A DNA stretch of 37,024 bases from a virus. Taxonomy: Duplodnaviria; Heunggongvirae; Uroviricota; Caudoviricetes. The notes below the pieces were generated by a model. That model did no database searches, was not told the origin of the DNA, and saw nothing but the letters and a program-made list of their open reading frames with translations. Every line of letters starts with the position of its first letter. Position 1 is the stretch's first letter. The DNA lies in the IMG/VR virus record IMGVR_UViG_3300028422_001686. One strand, 5' to 3'. Both the position numbers and the translations under genes were made by a program. Positions 8,793 to 18,186 of this stretch are shown in pieces.

Positions 8793-9898
8793 GTAAAAAG
8801 CTAGAAAATATCATGGAGAGATTGATTGAGTTTACTGATCTTGACGTTGATACTGCAGAAGAATTTTTAGATGAGTTTGAAGAAGAGCTAGACGGGTTAG
8901 ATGAACTAGAAGAAATGGTTGATATTGAAAGTAACATTAAGCCTTCAGTAGCATCAAAGAGTCAAGCCAGAAAAGACACAAGAACATTAATAACAGACAT
9001 GTTGAGTCTGTTTTCTATTTTAAAAAAAGAGCTTCCAGAGGCAGTAGCAGAAACTGATCCTATTGTTTATACGCCAGGAAAAAGAGATCTTTCACTAGTC
9101 TTTTCTGATTGGCATATTGGAAAAGTAATTAAAGACCCTGAAGGAAAATACCTTTATAACTCAGAAATAGGAATAAAGAGAATTCAAGAAGAAATCCCAG
9201 AACAAATAAACAATTTTGTTAAATCTCTTTCATGTCTTAAAGATATTGAAAATGTTAACTTGTTGTTTATTGGTGATATTATTGATAATGATATTGTATA
9301 TTCAACTCAACGTCTTCATATTGACTCTCCAGTAGCAGTTCAATTTAAGATGGTTATCTTTGCTATTATGACACTTGTTCGTAAAATAAAAAAGATTTTT
9401 AGAGACAATGAAAGTGATGTGAAGATTAATATTAAGTATGTTCCTGGCAATCATGGTAGGTCATCAGAGTTTTCTGAAGATCCTGGTTGCTCTTGGGATA
9501 GTGCAATAGGAATGGCTGTTGATTTGGCTGTTCAAAACTCTGATTTAAAAGATGATGTTAAGGTTGATATTTCTACAGAAAAATATTCAGTTGTAAATGT
9601 TCGTGGATTTAAAGGTTTAATTAGGCATACCGCACCACCACAGGCAGAAACACCTTCCGCTAAGTCTAAATTTGGAGGGTGGAATGACATTTTTAACTAT
9701 GATTTTGTTGCTTTTGGCCACTATCACCATTGGGGAATTAATACGTGGAATAGCAAACCATTATTTCGTAATGGTTCCTTATGTGGAACTGATGGATTGG
9801 CTGTCGAATTAGCGGCAAGAGATGCTGCTTCACAAATAGCATTTATATCTAGTGATAATAGAGTTGATGAAATAGTAAAAGTTTTACGTTTTAATTAA
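8789..9898 (+). CDS. Calcineurin-like metallophosphoesterase / putative exonuclease
   Basis: FSDWHIG, GDIID, PGNHGR, FGHYHH motifs. Acidic N-terminal extension. Confidence 0.85.
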   Translation: MSKKLENIMERLIEFTDLDVDTAEEFLDEFEEELDGLDELEEMVDIESNIKPSVASKSQARKDTRTLITDMLSLFSILKKELPEAVAETDPIVYTPGKRDLSLVFSDWHIGKVIKDPEGKYLYNSEIGIKRIQEEIPEQINNFVKSLSCLKDIENVNLLFIGDIIDNDIVYSTQRLHIDSPVAVQFKMVIFAIMTLVRKIKKIFRDNESDVKINIKYVPGNHGRSSEFSEDPGCSWDSAIGMAVDLAVQNSDLKDDVKVDISTEKYSVVNVRGFKGLIRHTAPPQAETPSAKSKFGGWNDIFNYDFVAFGHYHHWGINTWNSKPLFRNGSLCGTDGLAVELAARDAASQIAFISSDNRVDEIVKVLRFN

Positions 9899-9907
9899 GG
9901 ATTTTTT

Positions 9908-10093
9908 ATGATGATTAAAGAAATGGGTGTTTATAGCACCATGTTAGATTTAGAAGATGAGTATTTTTATGGGCCAGCTACAGGTGTAATTAAAATTGAA
10001 CATGCAGCAAAAGAGTTTGAAGTCTGTGTGTCACCAAAAGTTATCCATGATATCTTTGATAATGTGGATAAAATTGAGAGAGGAGAACAATAA
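9908..10093 (+). CDS. Hypothetical protein
   Basis: RBS AAGGA, coupled to next ORF. Confidence 0.55.
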   Translation: MMIKEMGVYSTMLDLEDEYFYGPATGVIKIEHAAKEFEVCVSPKVIHDIFDNVDKIERGEQ

Positions 10094-10428
10094 TGAGTAC
10101 TGAGAATATGGATACTAATAAAGTGACTGAAATTGATATTACAGATCTCATTAAAGAAATAACAGATGGTGTCCAATTAAATTTGAAGAAAGAACTGGAA
10201 GCATATGATGTTGAGATTGGTAAAGCTATTACTACACTCTACCATATGAGTCAGACTATGGGCATTAAAGTTGCGGCTTTAGAAAGAGTTCTTATGAATA
10301 AAAACTTGGTATCTGGAGAAGAAATTCTTGAAGAAAATGAAGTTGTTATTAAGGACTATCAAGAAGCTATGAGCGGTCTTGGAGTTCATCACTCTGATGA
10401 AAACGCTTCACAAAGCCTAGGTGATTAA
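10093..10428 (+). CDS. Hypothetical acidic protein
   Basis: RBS AGGAG, TAATG overlap. Confidence 0.65.
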   Translation: MSTENMDTNKVTEIDITDLIKEITDGVQLNLKKELEAYDVEIGKAITTLYHMSQTMGIKVAALERVLMNKNLVSGEEILEENEVVIKDYQEAMSGLGVHHSDENASQSLGD

Positions 10429-11032
10429 TATACCTAGGCTTTCCTTGCCATCTTAATATCTCACTGATATTTAATTCTTCAGTTCTTATCCTTTCAAATA
10501 ATTCATCTAGAACGCTGCCGTCTATTCTTGAACTTAGACTAGAAAAAGTATCTATTTCTTCTGTATCTGCAATATCTAATAGTTCTTCTTCACTATAGAT
10601 TTGATTTAAAAGTTTTGAATCATCTGCTAGATACTGTAAAATTAAATATGAAAATATTGAATTAATATTTATAAAACCTCTTTGAGAGTTGTTAATCGGA
10701 TTGTTCTTAACAGCGGTGATTAGCTCTAAATGGTTATTGGATAAAATCTGAATGAAGTCTATAAAGTTGTCTCTTTCCTCATCTGGTAGATCTTCGAGGT
10801 GAGAGGCAACTAATTTATCTAGCCTTTCTGGTAGTAATGGCCAGTTAGGATAGAAGAACTCTTTATATATGTGCTTGAGGGTTGGTCTTTTAAAAATAAC
10901 TTGAAGTTTTTCCTCAAAAGGTAGGCTCTTGAAGTTTATAGATGATAAGCTTTGAGCCGGGCTGGTCTTTTCTAAAATGTTTTTCAATCGTGACTTTTTG
11001 TATAAGCGAGTCATCTGTATATACCTTTTCAT
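10367..11032 (-). CDS. Hypothetical helical protein
   Basis: 221-aa ORF. The true start may be the ATG near 11014. No family recognised. Confidence 0.6.
   Translation of the reverse strand: MKRYIQMTRLYKKSRLKNILEKTSPAQSLSSINFKSLPFEEKLQVIFKRPTLKHIYKEFFYPNWPLLPERLDKLVASHLEDLPDEERDNFIDFIQILSNNHLELITAVKNNPINNSQRGFININSIFSYLILQYLADDSKLLNQIYSEEELLDIADTEEIDTFSSLSSRIDGSVLDELFERIRTEELNISEILRWQGKPRYINHLGFVKRFHQSDELQDRS
10412..10442. terminator. Probable bidirectional terminator / perfect inverted repeat at convergence point
   Basis: AAAGCCTAGGT-N9-ACCTAGGCTTT (11-bp perfect arms) where + and - gene runs meet. Confidence 0.6.
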
Positions 11033-11339
11033 TTAAAATATCTAATTCTAATTTTCCCATATTTTGAATATCTTTTCTGCGTTTAGTACCAAAATAGCAT
11101 ATTAGCTTTACTTCCAAAGGAAAATCGTAAGGATCCTTAGTGTTAATTTGAGATTCAATTTGCTCAAGGTATTCTTTTTGGTAGTTTTTAAATTTAGCAG
11201 GAAGATAAACCATTGCGGTTAATTTACCACTTTTTGTCTTCATTGCTCTAGCTGCATAACCATTTATTGGACTAATCGGTTCCAGATTGCTTTCTAGACT
11301 TTCTAAGGGCTTTTGCTCGTTCTCTAACTTGTTTTGCAT
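10914..11339 (-). CDS. rusA: RusA-family Holliday junction resolvase
   Basis: LEVKLICYF...RRKDIQNMGKLELDILNEKVYTDDSLIQKVTIEK matches RusA D-x-x-N-x-x-K-x-x-x-D...DD-x-x-(I/V). Confidence 0.8.
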   Translation of the reverse strand: MQNKLENEQKPLESLESNLEPISPINGYAARAMKTKSGKLTAMVYLPAKFKNYQKEYLEQIESQINTKDPYDFPLEVKLICYFGTKRRKDIQNMGKLELDILNEKVYTDDSLIQKVTIEKHFRKDQPGSKLIIYKLQEPTF

Positions 11340-11994
11340 ATTCTTTTTGCCTTTCTTTAAGATCTTGATATTGTTTAGTTTCTTTAAACTCTTTTTGTTT
11401 CTGTCTTTTTAATTGAGAGAATCTTTTACGCTCTTCTCTTCGCTTTTCTTTTGAAGTTTTATAGCCATCTTTAATTTTACCTGAGCCTTGGCCAACTTCA
11501 TTTATTTTTTGTTTCAATAAATCTATAGTTAGATCTTCTTTATATGATATTCTGACTAGGTTAATTCCTCTGCCTGCACAAAGCTCTTCTTTTAATTTAT
11601 CCTTCTGTTTAGCGTCAGCAAAATCCTGAAAGCTATTGTGAAATCCAGGTGTATATTCAGAATGTTGTTTCCCATCAAATTCAAACCCTATATTTAAGGG
11701 TTCACCAATATATAAGTCTAATCTCAATCGCTGACCCACTGAAAACTCTTCTTCAATTTTATATTGAGGAAAAATTTCTTTTAGAAGCTTTTTCATAATT
11801 GAATTGCCTCTTGAGTTTTCTTTTCTTATTTTTTTCTTAATGCTATCAGGTTGCTTCTTTATAAAGTTAGAAACCTGATTTAATGAGTATTTATTATTAA
11901 AGTGATTGACTAACTCCTGACGAGAGTATAAAGTCGTCATGATTAAAGTCTTAATTTTTTCTGAATCAGTTTCGTTTATTTTTGTTCTTCTCAT
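11272..11994 (-). CDS. Vsr/DUF559-like PD-(D/E)XK endonuclease
   Basis: EEF...LRLDLYI...IGFEFDGKQH...DKLKEELCAGRGINLVRISY. Basic C-terminal coiled coil. Confidence 0.75.
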   Translation of the reverse strand: MRRTKINETDSEKIKTLIMTTLYSRQELVNHFNNKYSLNQVSNFIKKQPDSIKKKIRKENSRGNSIMKKLLKEIFPQYKIEEEFSVGQRLRLDLYIGEPLNIGFEFDGKQHSEYTPGFHNSFQDFADAKQKDKLKEELCAGRGINLVRISYKEDLTIDLLKQKINEVGQGSGKIKDGYKTSKEKRREERKRFSQLKRQKQKEFKETKQYQDLKERQKEYAKQVRERAKALRKSRKQSGTD

Positions 11995-12039
11995 AATAAA
12001 ATTATATTTTTTTTGGGATCATATTACAAGGAGTTTTTT

Positions 12040-12996
12040 ATGGCTGAACGCGGTAGTTTTATAAATAGCATCAATTTAAAAGATGCAACATTGAAGTGGA
12101 TGGGACGTTCACAATTTAGATCTAAAAGTAAGGGTACATTTTGGCCCTCTGAGGCTAGTGCTGAGTATATTAATGAATATGGTGAACAGTGTATTATGGG
12201 AAAATGCCATAGAGCAGTTTACTATAGGCATAAAGGTTATGAAGTAACAGATCCACCTTCACCTAAGTCTCAAATTATTTTTGAACTAGGTCGCCAGATA
12301 GAGAATGCAATGGTTGAAATCTGGAAACAGATGGGGATTTGGGAGAATAATTCGCTTAAATGGGAAAATAAAGAAAGGAACATTTCAGGTGAATACGATG
12401 TTATTCTGAAAGTAAATGGAAGCCCAATAGGTGTTGAATTAAAGTCTTTTTATGGATACTATGCTAACAAGCAAATTGCTGGTCATTCTTCTGGTAGAGG
12501 GGCCAATAAAATTTGGATTCCTGGTAGACCAAAAGATGAAAATTTAATGCAGGCCGCATTGTATTGCTGGAACGAGTTTGATAGAATTGACGGATTCAAA
12601 CTATATTATGTCTCTAGAGATAAAAGTGATATGTATGAATTTAATATTCATGTGAATGAAGATGGGTCTATCTTTATTAATAACTTAAAAGATTCTCGTA
12701 TTACAATGCATAGCATATTAAACAGATATATTAGAATGGCTTCATATATTGATAATGATATTAAGCCTCCTCGAGAATTTACACTCTACCCATCTGATGA
12801 AAGAGTAGAGGTATTAAAAAATCGTGGAGATATATCAGACTCAGCTTATAAGGCTCATATAACTGGTAAATGTAAAATTACAGATTTTCACTGTAGTTAT
12901 TGTGACTATAAAAGATTGTGCTGGAACATAGATACTGATGATCTAGAAGAAATTCCAGTGATAACGGAAGGGGATGAGGAGAATGAGCAGGGTTAA
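12040..12996 (+). CDS. Cas4-like / RecB-family PD-(D/E)XK exonuclease
   Basis: WPSEAS...KCHRAVYY, ISGEYDVIL...VELKS, QAALY, C-terminal CSYCDYKRLC (4-Cys Fe-S staple pattern). Start set to ATG 12040 (RBS AGGAG 12029-12033). Confidence 0.8.
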   Translation: MAERGSFINSINLKDATLKWMGRSQFRSKSKGTFWPSEASAEYINEYGEQCIMGKCHRAVYYRHKGYEVTDPPSPKSQIIFELGRQIENAMVEIWKQMGIWENNSLKWENKERNISGEYDVILKVNGSPIGVELKSFYGYYANKQIAGHSSGRGANKIWIPGRPKDENLMQAALYCWNEFDRIDGFKLYYVSRDKSDMYEFNIHVNEDGSIFINNLKDSRITMHSILNRYIRMASYIDNDIKPPREFTLYPSDERVEVLKNRGDISDSAYKAHITGKCKITDFHCSYCDYKRLCWNIDTDDLEEIPVITEGDEENEQG

Positions 12997-15454
12997 AAAT
13001 TTTGACGATGTAGTTGAGCAATTAAAGCTTAAACTTGTTGATTATCTTGAAATGTCTGGAATTAATACACGACAGAACTTTAGTTGTATTCATCCAGATC
13101 ATGATGATGAGAAGCCATCTTGTAGTGTTAACCCTCATAGCAGGTTTACACAATGGAGATGTTTTAGTTGTAATGCTACCGGTGATATTTTTGATGCTTG
13201 TGCCTTCTTAGAAGGAAAGCCTTCATCTGGTCCTGATTTTATTAAGGACACTGTTCTTTATTTGGCTGATAAATTTGGTATTGATGTCCAGATGGAAGAG
13301 CCTACTGAAGAAGAAAAATATAGGCAAGAAATGTTTAATGCCTATAAACATGCTGCGGGATATGTTTCTACCCATACTAGTCCTGCGGCACACGAAGAAA
13401 TGGTGAATCGTGGATGGTCTGTAGAAGGCTCAAATTCAAGGCTTATTGGAAGTGTTGATTCTTTTGATAAGTATAAGGCTTTTATGAAAAGTAAAGGCTA
13501 CTCAGTATCATTTCTCGAAAGTATAGACCTGTTGCGTCCAGCTTTATTTAGTGAAAATAATTTAATTTTTACTGTATGCGATGAATATGGTCGTCCTTGT
13601 GGTTTTAGTGCTAGAAACCTTTTATGGTCGAAAGATAATAAAGATGTTGCTAAGTATCAAAATACAGCAACTAAGTGTCCTATTTATGAAAAGTCTAAAA
13701 GACTTTATAATATCCATAATGCAAAAAAAGGTGCTGGACCTGTTTATATTATGGAAGGTTGCGGTGATGTTGAGGCCAGTGTTCAAAATGGCCTTGAAAA
13801 CGCAGCTTGTGTATGTGGTATTGCTTTTACAGAATACCATGTAATTGAGCTTCTTAAGCTTGGAAAAACAGACATTTGTCTTTGTATGGATGGAGATGCT
13901 AAGGGAGTTGAAAGTATTGATAAGATACTTTCTAAATTTGCGCAGCATCGTGAGTTCAATGTTCATATTATCTTGCTTCCTGAAGGTAAAGATCCTGATG
14001 AATATCTAAGAACTTATGGAGCTCAAGCATTTAGTACATTAAGAAGGTGGACTCCTTTTGAATGGAAACTAAATAAGTATGACGATGAAGTAGATGTAGA
14101 GCTAATTAGAAAAGAAGTAGTTCCACATATTGCTACAGAGATTTCACCAATTATTAGAGAAGAAATGTGTAAAATTCTTTCTAATAAAATTGGTATTTCA
14201 GTTAATGCAATTAAGGATGAAGTTAGTCAAATTCTTGATCAAGCTGATGCTAAAAAAGCTCAAGATCAACAAGTTGTAATTTCTTCATTGATTGCAGACC
14301 TAAGGACATCTCCGACTGAATGGAGAGCCTCTATTACAAAGGCCGAAAAAGAGTTGGATGGCCTAGCTAAAAGTTATAATGATGAATGTTTTAGCGCTGC
14401 CTCTTACTTAAAAGATATTGATGTTATTGAAAGAGAGGAAGAGGAAGGCGATTCTAATACTCATTACTATAACTTTTCTGGTTGGAATGAATTCACTAAT
14501 GCTGTAAAAGGTGATTGGAGATCAACTCTTTTAGTTATTGGTGGTCGTGCCAACGTTGGAAAGACAGCCATTATGGCAAACTTAGCTGAAAGATTAGCTT
14601 CTGATGATGAGAACGATAAGGTAACTGTACTTTTTCATACCATAGACGATACTGTTAAACAATTTACTAATAGAATCGTATGTATTAAGGCACAAGAAAT
14701 TATGCCTGATATAACCTTGAATATGATAAAACAACCTCATGATTATTCTAATTCAAAGCAGATTATGGAAGCCCGTAAATATGCTTATGGAAAATTAAGA
14801 GAACTTGTGTCTTCAAATAGACTTATCATTAAAGGTGGAGAAGGTGAAGGTGCTCCTACCTTAGACTATCTAAGAAGCCTTATTAAGTACTATAAAACGA
14901 ACTACCCCGATAGGGACATAGTCGGCTTTCTTGACAACTTTCATAGACTTAGAGATTTTGCAAATAAAGAGGAAAGAATTAGATTTAAACTTCTTTCTAA
15001 TGGAATTAAAGATATCTCTAAAGAATTTGAAATGCCAATAGTTTGTACTATGGAATACACTAAAGGCTCAGCTCTTGGTGGTAAACCAGATAATGGTTCT
15101 ATCTCTGAATCTGCCGCTATGGAATATGATGCCAATTTAATTTGCCATCTATACAATGAGCTGCATGAAAAAAGAGATATGGCCGAAGTCTTCTTTAATA
15201 GAACAGATAAATTTGGTAGAGCCTATAAGGCTCCAAGAATTGAAATGATTTTTGGTAAGAATAAAATTAATGAGTTTAAAGGTGAATTATATTTTGATTT
15301 CTACACTGAACAATCAAGGTTTGTTCCTGTCCCATTCTCTGTCGTTAAAGATGATATTGAAAAGATAAGAAGTCTTAGACAAGAGGATAAGAAGGCCAAA
15401 ACAAATAACAATTCTTATACTTTAAATAACAGTAATCGTCAGCAGAGGAGTTAG
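12974..15454 (+). CDS. Primase-helicase fusion (Zn finger, TOPRIM, SF4/DnaB-like helicase)
   Basis: CIHPDHDDEKPS...WRCFSC (CHC2-type), GFSAR, KYQNT, MEGCGDV, CMDGDAKG, LPEGKDPDEY, Walker A GGRANVGKT, FLDNFH, SISESAAMEYDA. Confidence 0.92.
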   Translation: MRRMSRVKNFDDVVEQLKLKLVDYLEMSGINTRQNFSCIHPDHDDEKPSCSVNPHSRFTQWRCFSCNATGDIFDACAFLEGKPSSGPDFIKDTVLYLADKFGIDVQMEEPTEEEKYRQEMFNAYKHAAGYVSTHTSPAAHEEMVNRGWSVEGSNSRLIGSVDSFDKYKAFMKSKGYSVSFLESIDLLRPALFSENNLIFTVCDEYGRPCGFSARNLLWSKDNKDVAKYQNTATKCPIYEKSKRLYNIHNAKKGAGPVYIMEGCGDVEASVQNGLENAACVCGIAFTEYHVIELLKLGKTDICLCMDGDAKGVESIDKILSKFAQHREFNVHIILLPEGKDPDEYLRTYGAQAFSTLRRWTPFEWKLNKYDDEVDVELIRKEVVPHIATEISPIIREEMCKILSNKIGISVNAIKDEVSQILDQADAKKAQDQQVVISSLIADLRTSPTEWRASITKAEKELDGLAKSYNDECFSAASYLKDIDVIEREEEEGDSNTHYYNFSGWNEFTNAVKGDWRSTLLVIGGRANVGKTAIMANLAERLASDDENDKVTVLFHTIDDTVKQFTNRIVCIKAQEIMPDITLNMIKQPHDYSNSKQIMEARKYAYGKLRELVSSNRLIIKGGEGEGAPTLDYLRSLIKYYKTNYPDRDIVGFLDNFHRLRDFANKEERIRFKLLSNGIKDISKEFEMPIVCTMEYTKGSALGGKPDNGSISESAAMEYDANLICHLYNELHEKRDMAEVFFNRTDKFGRAYKAPRIEMIFGKNKINEFKGELYFDFYTEQSRFVPVPFSVVKDDIEKIRSLRQEDKKAKTNNNSYTLNNSNRQQRS

Positions 15455-15456
15455 TT

Positions 15457-16158
15457 ATGGTTTTTTCTGCATCAGAACTAGAACGCAAACAATTGTGTGA
15501 AGTTTTATACAGAAATAAGCTAGACTATAACCATCTTGACGATGAACACTATGACGCTATTTCAAAATCTATTGAAGGACTAGCTCTGTGGACCAAAAAC
15601 AGAGGTGGACCAATTAAACAAGAGGTTTTGAATGGCGTCTTTAATAACTCTATTAAACCTAAATTAAAACGTGGTTCTAAAGGTATAGCGTATTTAGCCG
15701 CTAAATCATTGCTAATGCATGACACTTATAAGAACTCTATGACTGCAACGTCGTTTTTACCTATAGATATCCAAACGTCATCTGGTATAACTTTTACAGA
15801 TACAATTCCGGCTATTTTTACTGAATATGATGGTACGAGAAATTTTTTCTTCATAAGAAATGATGTAGACGATAAGGATGATTTTCTTTTATTATTTTCT
15901 TCCTTTATTTCTACTGTCTGGTCTTTCTACAATCTAAATAGTATTCCAGTCCTACATAATATTTCTTATAATAAAAATGATGGAATAAACATATTAACTG
16001 CTAAAATTAGTGGGGACTATATAATGCAATCTAGAAGGATACTTATTGACATAGCAAAAAAGCTAAGACATAATATCCCTACATTGCAATCATCTCAAAT
16101 CTGTAAATACTGTGATAATAAAACAGATTGCAAAAGAAGGAAATTTACAAAAGGGTAA
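15457..16158 (+). CDS. Degenerate Cas4-like/PD-(D/E)XK-fold protein
   Basis: N-terminal FSASEL...LC and C-terminal CKYCDNKTDC bracket the protein as in Cas4/AddB-like nucleases, but no clear D...(D/E)xK catalytic motif. Confidence 0.5.
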   Translation: MVFSASELERKQLCEVLYRNKLDYNHLDDEHYDAISKSIEGLALWTKNRGGPIKQEVLNGVFNNSIKPKLKRGSKGIAYLAAKSLLMHDTYKNSMTATSFLPIDIQTSSGITFTDTIPAIFTEYDGTRNFFFIRNDVDDKDDFLLLFSSFISTVWSFYNLNSIPVLHNISYNKNDGINILTAKISGDYIMQSRRILIDIAKKLRHNIPTLQSSQICKYCDNKTDCKRRKFTKG

Positions 16159-16161
16159 CCT

Positions 16162-16302
16162 ATGATGAAGTTTAAGGATAGTAAAAACAATAAAGAACTT
16201 GTTATTGATGATGAAGGAAATCAGTCTTCTCTTAATATCAAAGATAAAAAGGATGAAAAAAATGATCAAGTGGATAAAGAGCCTATTCAAGAAGAAAAGT
16301 AA
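16162..16302 (+). CDS. Small acidic hypothetical protein (46 aa, not in ORF track)
   Basis: Hand translation MMKFKDSKNNKELVIDDEGNQSSLNIKDKKDEKNDQVDKEPIQEEK*. AAGGGT upstream. Fills the gap after 16158. Confidence 0.5.
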   Translation: MMKFKDSKNNKELVIDDEGNQSSLNIKDKKDEKNDQVDKEPIQEEK

Positions 16303-16660
16303 GCTCATCTTAATTGATGATGATAATGTAAGACCTGCAGACTTTTTCAATATGGTTGAAAATGAAAATGTAGGGCTAACACTATGTAGCTTTTGTAAGT
16401 CATATAGTCATGACTTAGATCTAATTGGTGACGCAAAAGATAATCAAGGCTATTGTCTAATAAAAAAAGAGATAGTTAATTTTTCAGACAGTTGTAGATC
16501 CTTTTCTCCAAAATTTAAAGGATTAAAACTTATGAAATCATCTAATACTTTTTATACTTATGATACATCTGTCAATCCATATACTGCTGGAGCAAATGAA
16601 AGTGGAGTAATTGATGGTAAATCTATTAAGACTGTTGGAGAACAAGAATGGTCAGACTAA
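16262..16660 (+). CDS. Hypothetical protein with CxxC...C...C cluster
   Basis: ATG 16262 has RBS AAGGA. Contains CSFCKSY...GYC...CRSF. Confidence 0.6.
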   Translation: MIKWIKSLFKKKSKLILIDDDNVRPADFFNMVENENVGLTLCSFCKSYSHDLDLIGDAKDNQGYCLIKKEIVNFSDSCRSFSPKFKGLKLMKSSNTFYTYDTSVNPYTAGANESGVIDGKSIKTVGEQEWSD

Positions 16661-16905
16661 ATACGTGTTGTGCAAAAGATTGTGAGTGCACTCTTTTTGA
16701 AGAAGTTAATGTTTCAAAATATAATGGAAGAACTATGTCTATCCACACTCAACTGAAGGGTGTTGTCGAAAAAATAGTTTTATATAGATGTCTTTCATGT
16801 GGCCAACTTCATTTTGCTGGTGGTGGATCAGTTATGTCTACCTCAGAAGAAAGAGAACTTGTAGCAGAACTAGAAAAATTTAATGTAAAGACGTTTAATG
16901 CTTAA
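16648..16905 (+). CDS. Small Zn-ribbon-like hypothetical protein
   Basis: CCAKDCEC...YRCLSCG. Confidence 0.6.
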   Translation: MVRLNTCCAKDCECTLFEEVNVSKYNGRTMSIHTQLKGVVEKIVLYRCLSCGQLHFAGGGSVMSTSEERELVAELEKFNVKTFNA

Positions 16906-17212
16906 CTATAAGATCTCCTATAGAAGCCCAATAGCCAATGTCAGAGAGTTGCCTGATAAGTACGGCAACTCTACTGGCTATTATTTGTTAGCCATAATTG
17001 ATGGTGGGAACAAATTTAACCCAGACAGATATATCGTCTTTATAAACAACGAATTTAATTCTATCTGGATTGAAAAACATGCTAATCCATTATCTAGCTT
17101 TCTCAATATGAACGATCTAATAAAGATCGAAAGCGATGATGAATGGCAAAGTGTTTTTAACTATGCAGTTCAAGAAAAAATATTAGAAAGTAAAGTCTCT
17201 ATTAATACTTAG
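16898..17212 (+). CDS. Hypothetical protein
   Basis: Overlap-coupled ORF. Confidence 0.6.
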   Translation: MLNYKISYRSPIANVRELPDKYGNSTGYYLLAIIDGGNKFNPDRYIVFINNEFNSIWIEKHANPLSSFLNMNDLIKIESDDEWQSVFNYAVQEKILESKVSINT

Positions 17213-17226
17213 TTAAAGGTGTCTTA

Positions 17227-17655
17227 ATGAATATCTCCATCGATTTTCTTTATGAAAGAGTTAAGATTATATCTGTAGTTTACTCTAGTAGACAAAAGAT
17301 AGATGGTGGTATTTGCAAACCTCTTGCACATGGAACAGAAGATACATCAAGACATTTCCTTACTTTACTATCAAAACATTATAAAAAAAACCAAATACCT
17401 AATTTTACTGTAGATATATCAGAAGATGGAACAATAGAATTTAGTTTACTTAAAATAAAAAGTGCCAATGATCAGTTCCTTACAGATACTTATAAAAAAG
17501 AATGGTTTGCTGACGTTCTTTTTCTTACATTGATGCCAGATAATTTAGTCAAAGCAGATGTATTTTTTTCTACAATAGACCTTGCAAAGTCTTACACTTT
17601 TAGGTTAAAATCTGATCTCCAAAGTGAGTTATTAGATCTAATTAACCATTTCTAA
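17227..17655 (+). CDS. Hypothetical protein
   Basis: RBS AAGGT, 142-aa ORF. Confidence 0.6.
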   Translation: MNISIDFLYERVKIISVVYSSRQKIDGGICKPLAHGTEDTSRHFLTLLSKHYKKNQIPNFTVDISEDGTIEFSLLKIKSANDQFLTDTYKKEWFADVLFLTLMPDNLVKADVFFSTIDLAKSYTFRLKSDLQSELLDLINHF

Positions 17656-17697
17656 TTTCTTTTTTATTTTTCTATTTTTACATAAGGAGCTTTCAAC

Positions 17698-18186
17698 ATG
17701 AATTCATTAGCTGGTATTGCTATGCATTTAGACGACAAACTCAAAAAGATTTTGTCAGAGAATAACGTCGAAACCTATGGTCCTGCATATAATGGAGAGT
17801 CAGTAGGTCTTGATCTCTATTATACAGGCGACACTGCCGTCACTCTAGTTAAAGAAGTATGGGAGAAAAAACTTCTATCTACTGGCGTTAGAGTCGTTCT
17901 TCCACCAAATACTGTAGGTCTTTTAATGGAAAGAGGTAGTATTGTAAAGACTCCCTTGAAACTTAGAGCAGGCGTTATTGATCCCGGATATACAGGAGAA
18001 ATTTTCGTTAACTTAATTAATCCATATAATGAGCCATATACTATCTCTCCTGGAGATAAACTTCCTGTTCAGCTAGTTAGTATTGCTAATGTAGTGACTA
18101 CTTATAATGAAGTCAGTACTGATGACTTTAATGTTTTAACTTCTCTTTCTAATCGTAAGGAAGGCAAAATTGGGAGTTCAAACTAA
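17698..18186 (+). CDS. dut: Trimeric dUTPase
   Basis: SVGLDL, TGVRV, ERGS, AGVIDPGYTGEI, RKEGKIGSS (dUTPase motifs I-V). Confidence 0.9.
   Translation: MNSLAGIAMHLDDKLKKILSENNVETYGPAYNGESVGLDLYYTGDTAVTLVKEVWEKKLLSTGVRVVLPPNTVGLLMERGSIVKTPLKLRAGVIDPGYTGEIFVNLINPYNEPYTISPGDKLPVQLVSIANVVTTYNEVSTDDFNVLTSLSNRKEGKIGSSN

Noticed and set aside
12040-16158. CRISPR-Cas locus
   Set aside because: Cas4-like genes only. No repeat-spacer array or cas1/cas2 seen.
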